Below are positions 11,829 through 22,397 of a stretch of DNA of 43,740 nucleotides, piece after piece. Position numbers and translations under genes: made by a program. Under the pieces are notes generated by a model. That model did not search any database. It saw nothing but the letters and a program-made list of their open reading frames with translations, and was not told where the DNA came from. Each line of letters opens with the position of its first letter. The stretch's first letter is position 1. Source of the DNA: Clostridia bacterium (GTDB lineage Bacteria > Bacillota > Clostridia > Christensenellales > UBA1242); NCBI GenBank assembly GCA_045601705.1, contig JAZSAE010000017.1, positions 1-43,740 of the forward strand, in the 5' to 3' direction.

Positions 11829-12250
11829 TTAAACGCACTCTTAATTATTTATGGGGAAAAAAATTTTTCATTTTATTATTTGCTCTTTTGATAATCCTTT
11901 TACCCAATGCAATTGGTCGTGATTTACAAATACGCACAGCTACCGTAATAACTGAAATGAAAATTGAACGTACCGGTGAAAACATTAAAGTAACAGCTCA
12001 AAAATTCAAGCCATCGAATAAATCAGAAAATAGTGCCAGCGAAACCGTCACTTACGAAGGAACAAATATTCGCGAAATGTTATCCGACGTATCTTTGGCA
12101 CACTGTCAAAAAATTGAATTTACGGGCGAACCTGACCCCGACATTTTACACGAGTTGTACCACTTTCAAGACTTACGTGGAAATACACCAGTCAACGGAC
12201 AAGCAACCATTGGCGAAATACTTAAAAGTCTTGATTATCATTATCAATAA
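11825..12250 (+). CDS. Truncated GerAC/Ger(x)C-like subunit
   Basis: Third gene of the operon (ATGA overlap). Hydrophobic N-terminus followed by ATVITEMKIERTGENIKVTAQ and SLAHCQKI, which resemble the GerC N-terminal domain. No lipobox Cys. Confidence 0.55.
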   Translation: MIKRTLNYLWGKKFFILLFALLIILLPNAIGRDLQIRTATVITEMKIERTGENIKVTAQKFKPSNKSENSASETVTYEGTNIREMLSDVSLAHCQKIEFTGEPDPDILHELYHFQDLRGNTPVNGQATIGEILKSLDYHYQ

Positions 12251-12677
12251 TTCTTGGAATAAACAAATTAGCAATACCTGTAACCAACATCACAATGCTT
12301 GGAATCATTGCATTAGTTAAATCAGTCAAGAACCAGCGCCAAATGGTAATCAACAACAAACCAGTAAATACAATTTGATAAAGTAAGAAAAGTTGGTCAG
12401 CCTTCCAAATTTGTTTGGTTTCCATACGGATAATCATATTACCGACATAGTAAATAATAAAACAACAACCTAAAATAAACAAAATTGGAAAAAGTAAATT
12501 ATACCAAGGATTGCTTTCCGAACCCAAAGGAGCTGACTCGTTTAAACCAAGGTCTCGTTTAAAAGCATTAAAATTTAAAAATAAGTATAAGCAACAAGCA
12601 AATAACAAACCGAGTGCAGAAACAATTTTCAAAATTACAATCGTTTTATTTGAAATACGACGACGTTGCTTTGCCAT
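12222..12677 (-). CDS. Hypothetical membrane protein (about 4 TM)
   Basis: Hydrophobic segments. Starts 1 nt after the addA stop. Confidence 0.75.
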   Translation of the reverse strand: MAKQRRRISNKTIVILKIVSALGLLFACCLYLFLNFNAFKRDLGLNESAPLGSESNPWYNLLFPILFILGCCFIIYYVGNMIIRMETKQIWKADQLFLLYQIVFTGLLLITIWRWFLTDLTNAMIPSIVMLVTGIANLFIPRIIDNDNQDF

Positions 12678-12678
12678 A

Positions 12679-15540
12679 TTAAAATGATACCTTAATTAGT
12701 TCATTGTGTACAGTAGAATAAATGTAAGCTGTAACCGTAAATTGTGGTAACGCTTGCGCATATAAGCGCAACTGTTGACGATATTTTTGGACTAGGTCTT
12801 CTCGTGATAAACGGGTCGTTTTATAATCAACAATAATTGCTTCCGTACCTTTAACAGCCAATAAGTCCATAATACCTTGAACGATTGTTCCATCCTGTAA
12901 ATACAAAAATGGTAATTCACGATAAGTTGTATAACCATTTACTAATGTATCCACAACAGGTGGCAATTTTCCATATTGTAATTGACGGTGATATTCCGTA
13001 CCAAAATCTTTACCACCATCTTGTTGATAAATAACAGGTGCTTGATAATCTTGAACTGGTTCAACAGCACTTGCCAAAGCAGTAACGCTTTGTTTTACTG
13101 GTTTATTTTGATTACCCTGATAATGGCAAAGTGTGATTACTGGTTCAGTGTTGATTTGTTGTATCGGAATTTCTGGTGATATAGCCACATCAGAACGTTC
13201 TTCTACAAGACCAATTGGATTGATTAAATCCATCAAAGAAGTCGGTTGAATACTGTCAGGTTTATATTTCCATTTGCCAACAATATATAACTTTTCCTTT
13301 GGACGAGTTAATGCTACATATAATAAACGTTTCTTTTCTTCAAGTTCTTTAAAATCTTGATACTTGGCAATTCCATAACGCAAAACACGACTTCTTTGGA
13401 CATAATTATCAGTATCGACTGATACTATACTAATCCCCATATTTTTGTCCATAATGATTTTACTTTCTTTCTGTGCAACACTACTCCATTTTGAACCAAC
13501 ATTAAACAAAATAACCATCGGAAACTCTAAGCCTTTGGAGTGATGAATTGTCATTAAACGCACAGCGTTTTTAACGTTTGCACCAACATTAACTTCAATC
13601 TTGGCAATGTTGTGCTCAATCAAATACAGGTAACGTGCAACAGTATCAAAATCACTGACACCACGAATAGTTGTTAAAAATGTGTTAACGATTGGAATTT
13701 CCAACATTCCAAATTCAGTTGCAACTTGTGTTAATACTTCATAGGTTGATTGAGCACGCCCTAGCTCACGATACCTTGCCAAAGCATTATCACATTTGGC
13801 AACTTTCTCGATTAAAGTTGGGTTCAACTGTTCCAAACGCAAATGAGCCAACTCGTCATTTGTACAATGGAAAAAGTTTTGTAAAACAAGGTAACGAGAT
13901 AAATCATTAGTTGGATTCATTGCTGCAAACAAGAAATGATTCAAAAGTGCAATCTCAGGTTCTTGTAAAATTTCCACACTATATTCCACCACACAAGACA
14001 CACCACGTTGTAACAAATAATTTTGTAATACTTTTAAAGGTTTTTTTGTTTCACAAAGAATCGCAATTTCAGACAACGGACGATTAGCACTTTTAATTTG
14101 TTGATACACAAGTTCCATTTGAGCATTATCATTTTCGGCTGTTTCAATTTTGACAGCTTGCCGAACTGCATCAATATCAACCTGATTTTGTAATTCAAAT
14201 TTATGTCCTGTTTCATAATCATTAAGCAACCCCTTCATTACCAGGTTAACAAAATGTAAAATTGGTTCTTCACTACGCCAATTCTTGTTCAAGCGAATCA
14301 TTTCAATCAAATCTTCGTGAATTACTGCGTCGAATAATTCAGGGTCGCTTTCACGAAAACCATAAATACTTTGCTTAATATCACCAACAATACAAAAGAA
14401 TTTATCATTACCACGTAAAATATCAATAATACGATATTGTACCGGATTAGTATCTTGCCCCTCATCAACAAAAATATATTTATACTGTGCACAAATTGCT
14501 TGTACTGCTTCGGGATGCATTAAGACTTTTAAAGCATATTTTTCTAAATCATTATAATCTAATTTTTTATATTCCATTTTTTTGGCTGTATATGCTGCAT
14601 CAAAAGCCTGTACTAAATGAAGTAACTGCTGAACAATATGACGGTCCTGTTGCATATCAGTTTGAATTTGTAAAATTGGAAACTTAAATTCCTCCATTAT
14701 ATTATTACAAACTGTTTTAAACTGATTACGCATAACTTTAAAGTCATCATACAATTCTTTATTAAAATCTTTATTATAAGCTAATTGGGGGAAAGTTAAA
14801 TCTAGATTTTGAAAATCTTGATAAGTTTTTGCTGTAATAATTTGGTTAGCAAGATTGATGACAAAATCAGTTAAAACTGAATTTTGATTAAACTCAATAA
14901 AGATTTGGCGATATCTTTTTGCCAAACGATGATAATGTTCAATCAAAGCGCAAATTGCACCATTGTTTTCCAATTGTGTGTCATACGCACACAAAGCAGT
15001 ATCACGCAACCATTCATCTTTATCGTGTCGAGTTTCTAAAAAGTTATGAATTTTGATAACAACATCACGTAAATCATTGAGTTTACGACTGGCGAGTAGT
15101 AAATCGACAGCATCTTTCACGTCTGCATAATTATCTAAAACCACTTTTTCAAAAACAAGTGTTTTTATTTTTTCACTTTCGATTGTGTCCATAACAGCAA
15201 AACTTGGACTGACTTCGGCAATAGTAAACCAGGCACGAATGATACCAGCACAAAAACTATGAAAAGTACCAATCGCCGCTGCTTGTAATTCGGCATAAGA
15301 AAAACGATTCCCTAAAGACTGACTAAGTTGTTCTTTCAGTTTATGGCGCATATCTTGCGCCGAAGCATCGGTGAAGGTTAAAACTAATAACTGGTCAAAT
15401 CGAGTTTTACCACCTTGAATAAGGGTTGCAATACGATTGATAATCGTTGTCGTTTTACCACTACCAGCACTGGCTGAAATAGCAATTTTTGATGAATTTG
15501 AGTCAATGACTTTTTGTTGATCTTTAGTTGGTTTTCCCAT
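12679..15540 (-). CDS. addA: AddA/RexA-type UvrD helicase-nuclease
   Basis: ASAGSGKT, LTFT, GTFHSFC, VDEGQDTN, VGDIKQSIYGFR, MTIHHSKGLEF and YVALTR, plus nuclease GIMD..IVDYKT..QLRLY. SD GGAGG. Confidence 0.9.
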   Translation of the reverse strand: MGKPTKDQQKVIDSNSSKIAISASAGSGKTTTIINRIATLIQGGKTRFDQLLVLTFTDASAQDMRHKLKEQLSQSLGNRFSYAELQAAAIGTFHSFCAGIIRAWFTIAEVSPSFAVMDTIESEKIKTLVFEKVVLDNYADVKDAVDLLLASRKLNDLRDVVIKIHNFLETRHDKDEWLRDTALCAYDTQLENNGAICALIEHYHRLAKRYRQIFIEFNQNSVLTDFVINLANQIITAKTYQDFQNLDLTFPQLAYNKDFNKELYDDFKVMRNQFKTVCNNIMEEFKFPILQIQTDMQQDRHIVQQLLHLVQAFDAAYTAKKMEYKKLDYNDLEKYALKVLMHPEAVQAICAQYKYIFVDEGQDTNPVQYRIIDILRGNDKFFCIVGDIKQSIYGFRESDPELFDAVIHEDLIEMIRLNKNWRSEEPILHFVNLVMKGLLNDYETGHKFELQNQVDIDAVRQAVKIETAENDNAQMELVYQQIKSANRPLSEIAILCETKKPLKVLQNYLLQRGVSCVVEYSVEILQEPEIALLNHFLFAAMNPTNDLSRYLVLQNFFHCTNDELAHLRLEQLNPTLIEKVAKCDNALARYRELGRAQSTYEVLTQVATEFGMLEIPIVNTFLTTIRGVSDFDTVARYLYLIEHNIAKIEVNVGANVKNAVRLMTIHHSKGLEFPMVILFNVGSKWSSVAQKESKIIMDKNMGISIVSVDTDNYVQRSRVLRYGIAKYQDFKELEEKKRLLYVALTRPKEKLYIVGKWKYKPDSIQPTSLMDLINPIGLVEERSDVAISPEIPIQQINTEPVITLCHYQGNQNKPVKQSVTALASAVEPVQDYQAPVIYQQDGGKDFGTEYHRQLQYGKLPPVVDTLVNGYTTYRELPFLYLQDGTIVQGIMDLLAVKGTEAIIVDYKTTRLSREDLVQKYRQQLRLYAQALPQFTVTAYIYSTVHNELIKVSF

Positions 15541-18082
15541 CATTTTCCTCCGTAAAAGTTTTATAAGTAACCTTAACACCATCACTACGGTATCCCCCAG
15601 TAGCACGAGGACAAAACAATCGATCAGGACAATACTTACATACACCTTCATTTAATGCATAGGCTTCAACATTTCCGGTGATAATTTTCTCCACGGCATC
15701 ATCAACCAATTGATCAGCGTGTGCACAAATTTGTGTAATTGCTTGTTCGCTTATAATATAATGTACTTTTGGTTTTACATATTCTGGGGGAAACAAATCA
15801 CGCAAATCTTCATTGATAAAACCAATATAATCAAATATTTTTTTATCTGTATTTGCATAACCACCGGATAAAGGTAAATAACCTGCCCCAGCAAAGCGCC
15901 CTATCTTTTTTAGACTACTACCATAAACAGGCAATTGCAAACGACTACCTAGATAAATACTTTTTGGAATACTATCATCAACATTTCCTGTTTTATAATC
16001 TAAAACCCAGAAAGCACGTTGATTCTCTCCTAAATCGGCAACATCAATACGGTCAACACGACCAGATAAAGTTAAGCCATACGCCAATGGACGACAAACT
16101 GTGAATTCAATTTCGGTTGAAGCATTAAATTTTCCTGTTGCAAAAATACGGTCCAATTCTTGTAATATAAATTTAATTTCTTTTGCAATGTTTTGTGTTA
16201 GTGGTAAATATTCAAACTCTAACTCTTTTAAACCGATTTGAACGGCTTGCTCAATATTACGTTTTGAATCTCGATAATAAACTTCGAGAGCTTTGTGAAT
16301 TGCAGTACCCACAGTATCAGCAGCCAAACGATAGATTGGTCGTTCTTTTAAACGCAATCCCCTTTGTAAAAAATTTAAACGAGGACATTTGTAATATGTT
16401 TCTAGCATTGTCGGACTAACGTTTTTTTTAGGGAAAAATAAACTTTTACCGACTGTTATTGGGTCTTGATCATTAAACCACTGAAATCGATTATAAGGTT
16501 GATATACAACATAATTTTTAAATTCATCATTCATCCCGGATAATGTAACTTGATTTTCGGCAACAACCTGTAAAAGTTCGGCACGACGACAATTACGTTC
16601 ACGTTGTAATGACGCAGTTGGTGTTATTTGTGTACCTGCTAAATCGGCTTCTTGTAAAATATCATCATCTGATTGTCCTTGTGGAAAGTTTTCAGCTGTA
16701 CAGTTAGCAATAAATAAATATTTAACATAGCTTGGTACCCAATCATTAACCGATGCTACCAAAATACGATCTAGATTTTGTGGAATGTTAGAGATTTTTG
16801 TAGCACTACACAAGGTCCAAAACAAATTGATAAAATCACGTCGGCTTAAAACCTGTCCAGCACAACCAGTCCTAATTTGTTCCAAAATATTGAGTATTTT
16901 TTCATTTTCTGTAAAATTTTTTAATTGTTCACAAAGTTGTGTTACATCGGTCGCCGTTAATTTTTTCAATTGTGGTATATTGCGTGCACGTAAATTCGAT
17001 TTTATAATCTTGTTATCTAAATCAAAAAGAGTTGTATCATCAATTCCACTGTTTTGGTTGAATAAGACGGCAATTGTATTTTCAGTGTCATCATTATCCA
17101 ACATTTCTAACAAATCACGTAAATATTTAGCATCGGCAGTTGTATTTAATTTCGTACCAACATCCAAATTAACCGGTACTTGATATTTATGAGCAATCAC
17201 TTCCCATACGGGCGCAGTAGCATCAAAGTCAGCTAACAAGATAACAATTTCTTCAGGTAAAACACCTGTATTAAGCAATGAAACAATACGTTCCATAATT
17301 ATGGTTGCTTCGCCTCGTTCAGTTTCACAACAAATTTTTTCTAAATTCGGCGTAAATGATTTTGTGTTCTGTATCTTAAAATGTGGAAATTTAGCTAGTT
17401 GTGTATTAAGTTCGGATTCACTGCAAGCAATGGTAACCGACGATGCGTGATGACAGAGTTCAAATAAAACTTGCAAGCGTGCTGGCGAAAGACTGGTAAA
17501 ACCACAGACAAAAATACTAGCATTTTGAATACTGGTGCTTTTGGCTAAGTTTTGTGTCAGGTATTCCAACATATCTGCCGAGTCCGTTTGTGTTGCAATG
17601 ATTTGACGATAGGCTTGATAAATAATGTTAATGTCGTGGTACTTACGTTGAGCTACAGTTGACTGTGCTTTAGTTTCTAAAACTGCAAAGTCAACACAGG
17701 AACTGCGCATTTGGTTAATTGTATTAAACATTTTTTCTGCAAAATCATAATGCCCTGCACTCGACTTGAACCACGTTAACTGGTCTTGCACTTGGCGAAT
17801 GGCAGTCCATAAATGTAATACAGCACTAGTCTTATCAATAATAGCAGGTTGAATTCCCTGATTGATTTCAGAAGCTACTAACTGATACAACATCGAAAAA
17901 GTAATAACCCTAACATTAACTAAATGTGGTTGAGTTTTTAATAAATATCGTTCGGCCTGTAATGTGAAACGGTCAGGTACAACAACTAATTTTGTTTGTA
18001 AAACTGGTTGTGTCGCCGCTTGACGCAAGACGTACTCATTTGTTAAAACAAAATTTTCTCCTTGGTAAACTGTAACTTTCAC
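15524..18082 (-). CDS. addB: AddB/RexB-type nuclease subunit
   Basis: VVPDRFTLQAE, CGFTSLSP, PD-(D/E)XK GRVDRID..LDYKTG and the Fe-S staple Cys (CPR...CKYCPDRLFC). GTG start inferred. Confidence 0.85.
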   Translation of the reverse strand: MKVTVYQGENFVLTNEYVLRQAATQPVLQTKLVVVPDRFTLQAERYLLKTQPHLVNVRVITFSMLYQLVASEINQGIQPAIIDKTSAVLHLWTAIRQVQDQLTWFKSSAGHYDFAEKMFNTINQMRSSCVDFAVLETKAQSTVAQRKYHDINIIYQAYRQIIATQTDSADMLEYLTQNLAKSTSIQNASIFVCGFTSLSPARLQVLFELCHHASSVTIACSESELNTQLAKFPHFKIQNTKSFTPNLEKICCETERGEATIIMERIVSLLNTGVLPEEIVILLADFDATAPVWEVIAHKYQVPVNLDVGTKLNTTADAKYLRDLLEMLDNDDTENTIAVLFNQNSGIDDTTLFDLDNKIIKSNLRARNIPQLKKLTATDVTQLCEQLKNFTENEKILNILEQIRTGCAGQVLSRRDFINLFWTLCSATKISNIPQNLDRILVASVNDWVPSYVKYLFIANCTAENFPQGQSDDDILQEADLAGTQITPTASLQRERNCRRAELLQVVAENQVTLSGMNDEFKNYVVYQPYNRFQWFNDQDPITVGKSLFFPKKNVSPTMLETYYKCPRLNFLQRGLRLKERPIYRLAADTVGTAIHKALEVYYRDSKRNIEQAVQIGLKELEFEYLPLTQNIAKEIKFILQELDRIFATGKFNASTEIEFTVCRPLAYGLTLSGRVDRIDVADLGENQRAFWVLDYKTGNVDDSIPKSIYLGSRLQLPVYGSSLKKIGRFAGAGYLPLSGGYANTDKKIFDYIGFINEDLRDLFPPEYVKPKVHYIISEQAITQICAHADQLVDDAVEKIITGNVEAYALNEGVCKYCPDRLFCPRATGGYRSDGVKVTYKTFTEENDGKTN

Positions 18083-18089
18083 TAACCTA

Positions 18090-18163
18090 AAAATAACATT
18101 TTTCACCTTAAATAGCAACTCATGAAAATAGATATTTACAACTCAGTTGACTACCATTAAACT
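18090..18163. promoter_or_regulatory. Divergent sigmaA promoters for addB and the U32 gene
   Basis: Minus strand: TTGCTA-17-(TGt)TATTTT-7-GTG. Plus strand: TTTACA-17-TAAACT-9-ATG. Confidence 0.6.
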
Positions 18164-18172
18164 AGAAATAAG

Positions 18173-19360
18173 ATGAAAACAAATACACAAGTTGAATTAT
18201 TAGCACCTGCTGGCGATGTGAAACGTGCCATTATCGCATTGGATTATGGGGCCGATGCTATCTACTTAGGTGGCAAGGATTTCAGTTTACGTGCTCACGC
18301 AGCAAATTTTACCGATGATGAAATTCGTGAAATTGTACAAATTGCCCACAGTCGTGGTAAAAAAGTTTATGTGACCGTGAATATTATTCCACGCAATAAT
18401 GACTTCGACCAAATCATTGATTACGCAAAGCGTTTGGATACCTTAAAAATTGATGCAGTCATTGTTGCTGACTTAGGTGTAATCAAAGTTTTTCGTGAAC
18501 ATACATCTTTGGCAATTCACGTTTCCACGCAAGCTAATATTACCAACAAACACACAGCTTTAGAATTTGTGCGTTTAGGTGCCACACGCTTAGTCTTAGC
18601 ACGTGAATTAAATATTACTGAAATTAAAGAAATTTGTGATGCTGTAAAAGGACAAGCTGAAATCGAAGTTTTTGTCCACGGTGCAATGTGCGTTTCTTAC
18701 AGTGGTCGTTGTTTGCTATCTAACTATATGACGAACCGTTCCAGTAATCGTGGTGATTGTGCGCACTCTTGTCGTTATAAATATGCTTTGCAAGAAATGA
18801 AACGCCCAAATGAATACTGGCCAATTGAAGAAGACGAACACGGTACTTATATTATGAATAGCCGTGACTTATGTTTAATCAACCGATTGCAAGAATTGAT
18901 TGACGCTGGTGTCGCAAGTTTTAAAATTGAGGGTCGAGTAAAAAGTACTTACTATGTTGCCGGTGTCACACACGCTTATCGTCAAGCTTTGGATGGTATC
19001 AAACGTGACTACCTAACCGAACTAGATAAAATTTCGCACCGACCATACACGACAGGTTTTACTTTCGAAAAAGTACCAACACAATATTACCCTGCTGCAC
19101 GTGAAGAACAAACTTATGAATTTATTGGTTTAGTCACCGACAGCAATACAATGTTATTAAAAAATAAAATCAACCCTGGTGAGACCATTGAAATCTTATC
19201 ACCAAACCTTGATGTTGATGGGAAAACTTTCGTTTGGCAAGGCGCAATGCAAAACCAACCTGAAACAAGCGTGGAAATTTGTGGTTGTCCTTACAACTTA
19301 CATGCTAACGATATATTAAGGCGTCCAAAGCCGCAGCAACCGTCGTCTGACCAGATTTAA
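18173..19360 (+). CDS. U32 'peptidase' family protein, likely TrhP-type tRNA hydroxylase
   Basis: ELLAPAG, GADAIYLG, HVSTQAN, EVFVHGAMCVSYSGRC, NRGDCAHSCR and FKIEGR. Confidence 0.92.
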   Translation: MKTNTQVELLAPAGDVKRAIIALDYGADAIYLGGKDFSLRAHAANFTDDEIREIVQIAHSRGKKVYVTVNIIPRNNDFDQIIDYAKRLDTLKIDAVIVADLGVIKVFREHTSLAIHVSTQANITNKHTALEFVRLGATRLVLARELNITEIKEICDAVKGQAEIEVFVHGAMCVSYSGRCLLSNYMTNRSSNRGDCAHSCRYKYALQEMKRPNEYWPIEEDEHGTYIMNSRDLCLINRLQELIDAGVASFKIEGRVKSTYYVAGVTHAYRQALDGIKRDYLTELDKISHRPYTTGFTFEKVPTQYYPAAREEQTYEFIGLVTDSNTMLLKNKINPGETIEILSPNLDVDGKTFVWQGAMQNQPETSVEICGCPYNLHANDILRRPKPQQPSSDQI

Positions 19361-20228
19361 TCTGATATTCTAATTCTAAAACACGAGCATAACAATTTTT
19401 GACAGCCAAAGGATTACTACCATAATCTCGGCGACTGTACTTAATCGCATAGGGTGAACACCCCAACATTTTGCCAATTACATTGATATCATCTTTACTG
19501 GCAGTTGCATAATAAGCACGACGCATTTGTGCAACTACCCCACCAAAGATTAAATATTCGTTAGTATTACTACTAATTAACCACGATAAAATACTGGTTG
19601 CTGCTTGAATTTGATTTGCTAAAATGGCTGCACCTAATTCGTAAATTTGGTAGTCCAATGTTTTGGTTAAGTATGGTTGTAGATGTTGAATTTCCCAAAC
19701 GGGTAAATCTTGATAATAAGCCAAAAACTTCGTTAACTCATTATCAATTAACGTATAGTAACCACCCGTAGCTTCAACCAAATAGTTTGCAGCATCTCGA
19801 GTAATTTGGTGTGGAGCAATCTGTTTCGCAATTAACGGAACCAAAATTTCAGTTGGCATCGGGTTGCAATTAACAACAGTTGCACCTTTCAAATTTGCTT
19901 CGGGTTTTTCACGATAACTAATAAGTATCAATACATTCCCGGCAACAGGATTTTTAATGTATTGATTGATTGCACTGAAAGATGGTTTATCGCCTAATGT
20001 TGCCACAACCAAGCGTGAGTTCGTAAAAAAGGAAGTTGTTGTCAATGCCGCCACAATAGTTTCACCATTTGTATCATCACCAAATTTAGTAACCTCAGCA
20101 TCTTTTAAAGCATCTGTAATTAAACTAACGGATTTGTTAATTAAAAAATAATCTGTCCCATACAAAAGATAGACTGGTTCAATTTGATTTTTTAAACTAG
20201 CTTTTAACTGCGCAAAATCCATTATCAT
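19305..20228 (-). CDS. holA: DNA polymerase III delta subunit
   Basis: PVYLLYGTD, NELTK and EYQIKSG. Conserved comEC-holA gene order. Confidence 0.88.
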   Translation of the reverse strand: MIMDFAQLKASLKNQIEPVYLLYGTDYFLINKSVSLITDALKDAEVTKFGDDTNGETIVAALTTTSFFTNSRLVVATLGDKPSFSAINQYIKNPVAGNVLILISYREKPEANLKGATVVNCNPMPTEILVPLIAKQIAPHQITRDAANYLVEATGGYYTLIDNELTKFLAYYQDLPVWEIQHLQPYLTKTLDYQIYELGAAILANQIQAATSILSWLISSNTNEYLIFGGVVAQMRRAYYATASKDDINVIGKMLGCSPYAIKYSRRDYGSNPLAVKNCYARVLELEYQIKSGQTTVAAALDALIYR

Positions 20229-20229
20229 A

Positions 20230-21393
20230 TTAAAGCATAATTAAGGTCAAATAACAAGTAAACATCACTACTGCCAATGGGTACTTAATTTGTGGTTTCA
20301 CAAAAACAAACCGAGATAAAAGTAAAGTTGCGAGATAATAAACTATTATAGCAGTAACTCCATGCGTAATTGGTAAAGTTGCCCATGTAATTTCGCCAAT
20401 TGCACTGGTAACCCATATTACTAGATTTAAGATAGGTTCAACTAACCACATTACTACACCACAAATAAATGTACCAACGGCAAGCATTGATAAATAAAAA
20501 GCAAACATCAAAAGTGGAACTAAAACAACATTAGCAATCAAACCTAAGAGAGAAACACTACCAAAGAAATAAACGACAAAGGGGAAACTTCCTAAAGTAA
20601 CAGCAACATACATCGCAACGGCACTGGAAGGTAAAACCTTGAAAATTGTTTGATACCAAAGATGAATTCCTAACACACAAGAAAATGACAAAAGGAAAGA
20701 TGCCGAAACCAAAGCGTACGGATAGATGATTAAGATAATAATTGCTGTCAAAGATAAAACCGATAAGAAATCGGCAATATGTAAATGATGTTTTGCAAAG
20801 GAATAAATTAGACACATCATCACAGCACGGATGATTGAATATTGCCAACCACATAAGTAACCATAAAAACATAAAACTGGAGCAATGATCCAAAGATGGG
20901 CACGTTTCGGAACACGACACAAACGCAATAAAGTTCCAATTGCACCAAACAAAGCACTCACGTGCAAACCAGAAACAACTAAAATATGTGCCATTCCTGC
21001 AACAGTGAAATCATAACGAACTCCAAAAGTTAACACACTTTTATCACCAAAAAGCATTGTATAAACAAGGTCAGTATTTTCTTCGGAAAGAAACAATGAT
21101 AAGTACCAACGAGCATAACGCAAAATTACACCACGTAACCCTTCATCAGGATTATAACTTAAATAATATGGATTGCTCACAAAACAAGTTGTCAACAGAT
21201 AACTTAACATCACAAGCACGTAAACACAAATAGCAACAATCTTAAATTCACGTGGCAATTTCGTCCATAACAAAAGATTCAACAAAACAATTGCAAAGAT
21301 GACAGCGCACCACCAAGCTAACATTGCTGAACCAATCGCTAAAATCACAATCAAAGCCAACCAACACAATGGTCGAAAATTACAAAGTTTCAT
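20230..21393 (-). CDS. comEC: ComEC/Rec2 competence-domain membrane protein (minimal)
   Basis: MLFGDK, AGMAHILVVSGLHV, SIIRAVMM, SFLLSF and ANVVLVP. Confidence 0.88.
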   Translation of the reverse strand: MKLCNFRPLCWLALIVILAIGSAMLAWWCAVIFAIVLLNLLLWTKLPREFKIVAICVYVLVMLSYLLTTCFVSNPYYLSYNPDEGLRGVILRYARWYLSLFLSEENTDLVYTMLFGDKSVLTFGVRYDFTVAGMAHILVVSGLHVSALFGAIGTLLRLCRVPKRAHLWIIAPVLCFYGYLCGWQYSIIRAVMMCLIYSFAKHHLHIADFLSVLSLTAIIILIIYPYALVSASFLLSFSCVLGIHLWYQTIFKVLPSSAVAMYVAVTLGSFPFVVYFFGSVSLLGLIANVVLVPLLMFAFYLSMLAVGTFICGVVMWLVEPILNLVIWVTSAIGEITWATLPITHGVTAIIVYYLATLLLSRFVFVKPQIKYPLAVVMFTCYLTLIML

Positions 21394-21395
21394 TT

Positions 21396-22397
21396 TTAAC
21401 GTACAAGTTCAGTATCATTTGTTTGTAATACAACTGCCCTTTCTTCTTTTGTTTCTTTTAAAGATGTGCGTGGACGGAATGCTTGTTTCATTTGCGAAAG
21501 GCCAGCCACAACTTTCTTTGCTTTTGGTGGTGTTGTTTTTTCTATTTCAACTGCTTGTTCCAATATAGTTTGCTTTGTGGATTGTTTATCATCAATGATT
21601 ACTGGTTCAGGTGGCAATTCCTGTGCAACTTCATCTTCACTAACAAGATAAGGTGTCATTTGTGGCGAACGTACTTGATAATACTTCTCAAATTCCTGAC
21701 GTTTGACAGGGTCAATTGTCCCAATACCCTCATAAATTTTAGTGCCAATACGTTCGTTTGCATTTTTAACCTTTGGTAATTTTAATGGCTGGGTTAACCA
21801 TTTTTCAGTTTTGTCATTGATTTTTTGGTCATAATCAACAATTAACTTCGCTAAGGTTTCATCTTCTTTTGCAAACTTCGCAATAATTGCGACTTGCGAT
21901 TGATAATAATCTTCTTTCCCCAATCGAACAAAACGTTTAGCTTCATTTAATTCGTTTTGCCATTTTTTTAATAATTCATCGTTTTTTAATTGCTTTTGAA
22001 TTCTTTGTAACGTTTGTTGTGCAATGCGTTCGCATTCTTGTAATTGACGCACACGTTGTTTGGCTTTAGCATCTTTCACACGAATAAGATATTCTAGCTC
22101 TTCCCCTGTTTCATCTTCACCAAATGTAAAATCACCAAGATTGATTAAAACGCTATCTTGAACTAAACCACCAACCGAAGTAACACTTTCTCTTAAATAC
22201 AACTTACCATTTTTTTCAATATAACGAAAAGCCTTCTGGTCCAATTTGGGGATACTAACAAACTCACGAATACCAGTATCAATTAAACGATATTCATTTT
22301 TGATTTCTACTTTTTTCAAGTTACGCAAAATACGTTTTGCTTCTTCATCTTCATAAGCAAATAATTGTGTTACTTGTTTGGAAGTAATAACCATCAC
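21396..22397 (-). CDS. Hypothetical charged/coiled-coil protein
   Basis: 333-aa ORF coupled to recR (4-nt overlap, SD GAGGTG) and to comEC. Confidence 0.75.
   Translation of the reverse strand: MMVITSKQVTQLFAYEDEEAKRILRNLKKVEIKNEYRLIDTGIREFVSIPKLDQKAFRYIEKNGKLYLRESVTSVGGLVQDSVLINLGDFTFGEDETGEELEYLIRVKDAKAKQRVRQLQECERIAQQTLQRIQKQLKNDELLKKWQNELNEAKRFVRLGKEDYYQSQVAIIAKFAKEDETLAKLIVDYDQKINDKTEKWLTQPLKLPKVKNANERIGTKIYEGIGTIDPVKRQEFEKYYQVRSPQMTPYLVSEDEVAQELPPEPVIIDDKQSTKQTILEQAVEIEKTTPPKAKKVVAGLSQMKQAFRPRTSLKETKEERAVVLQTNDTELVR

Noticed and set aside
15541-15651. N-terminal extensions in the ORF track (addA 15651, addB 18118, secA 25393, cwlD 31527, gerB 10890, 35779, 32601, 7594)
   Set aside because: They overlap neighbouring genes or promoter boxes. 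The downstream starts fit SD or -10 positions and family N-termini better.
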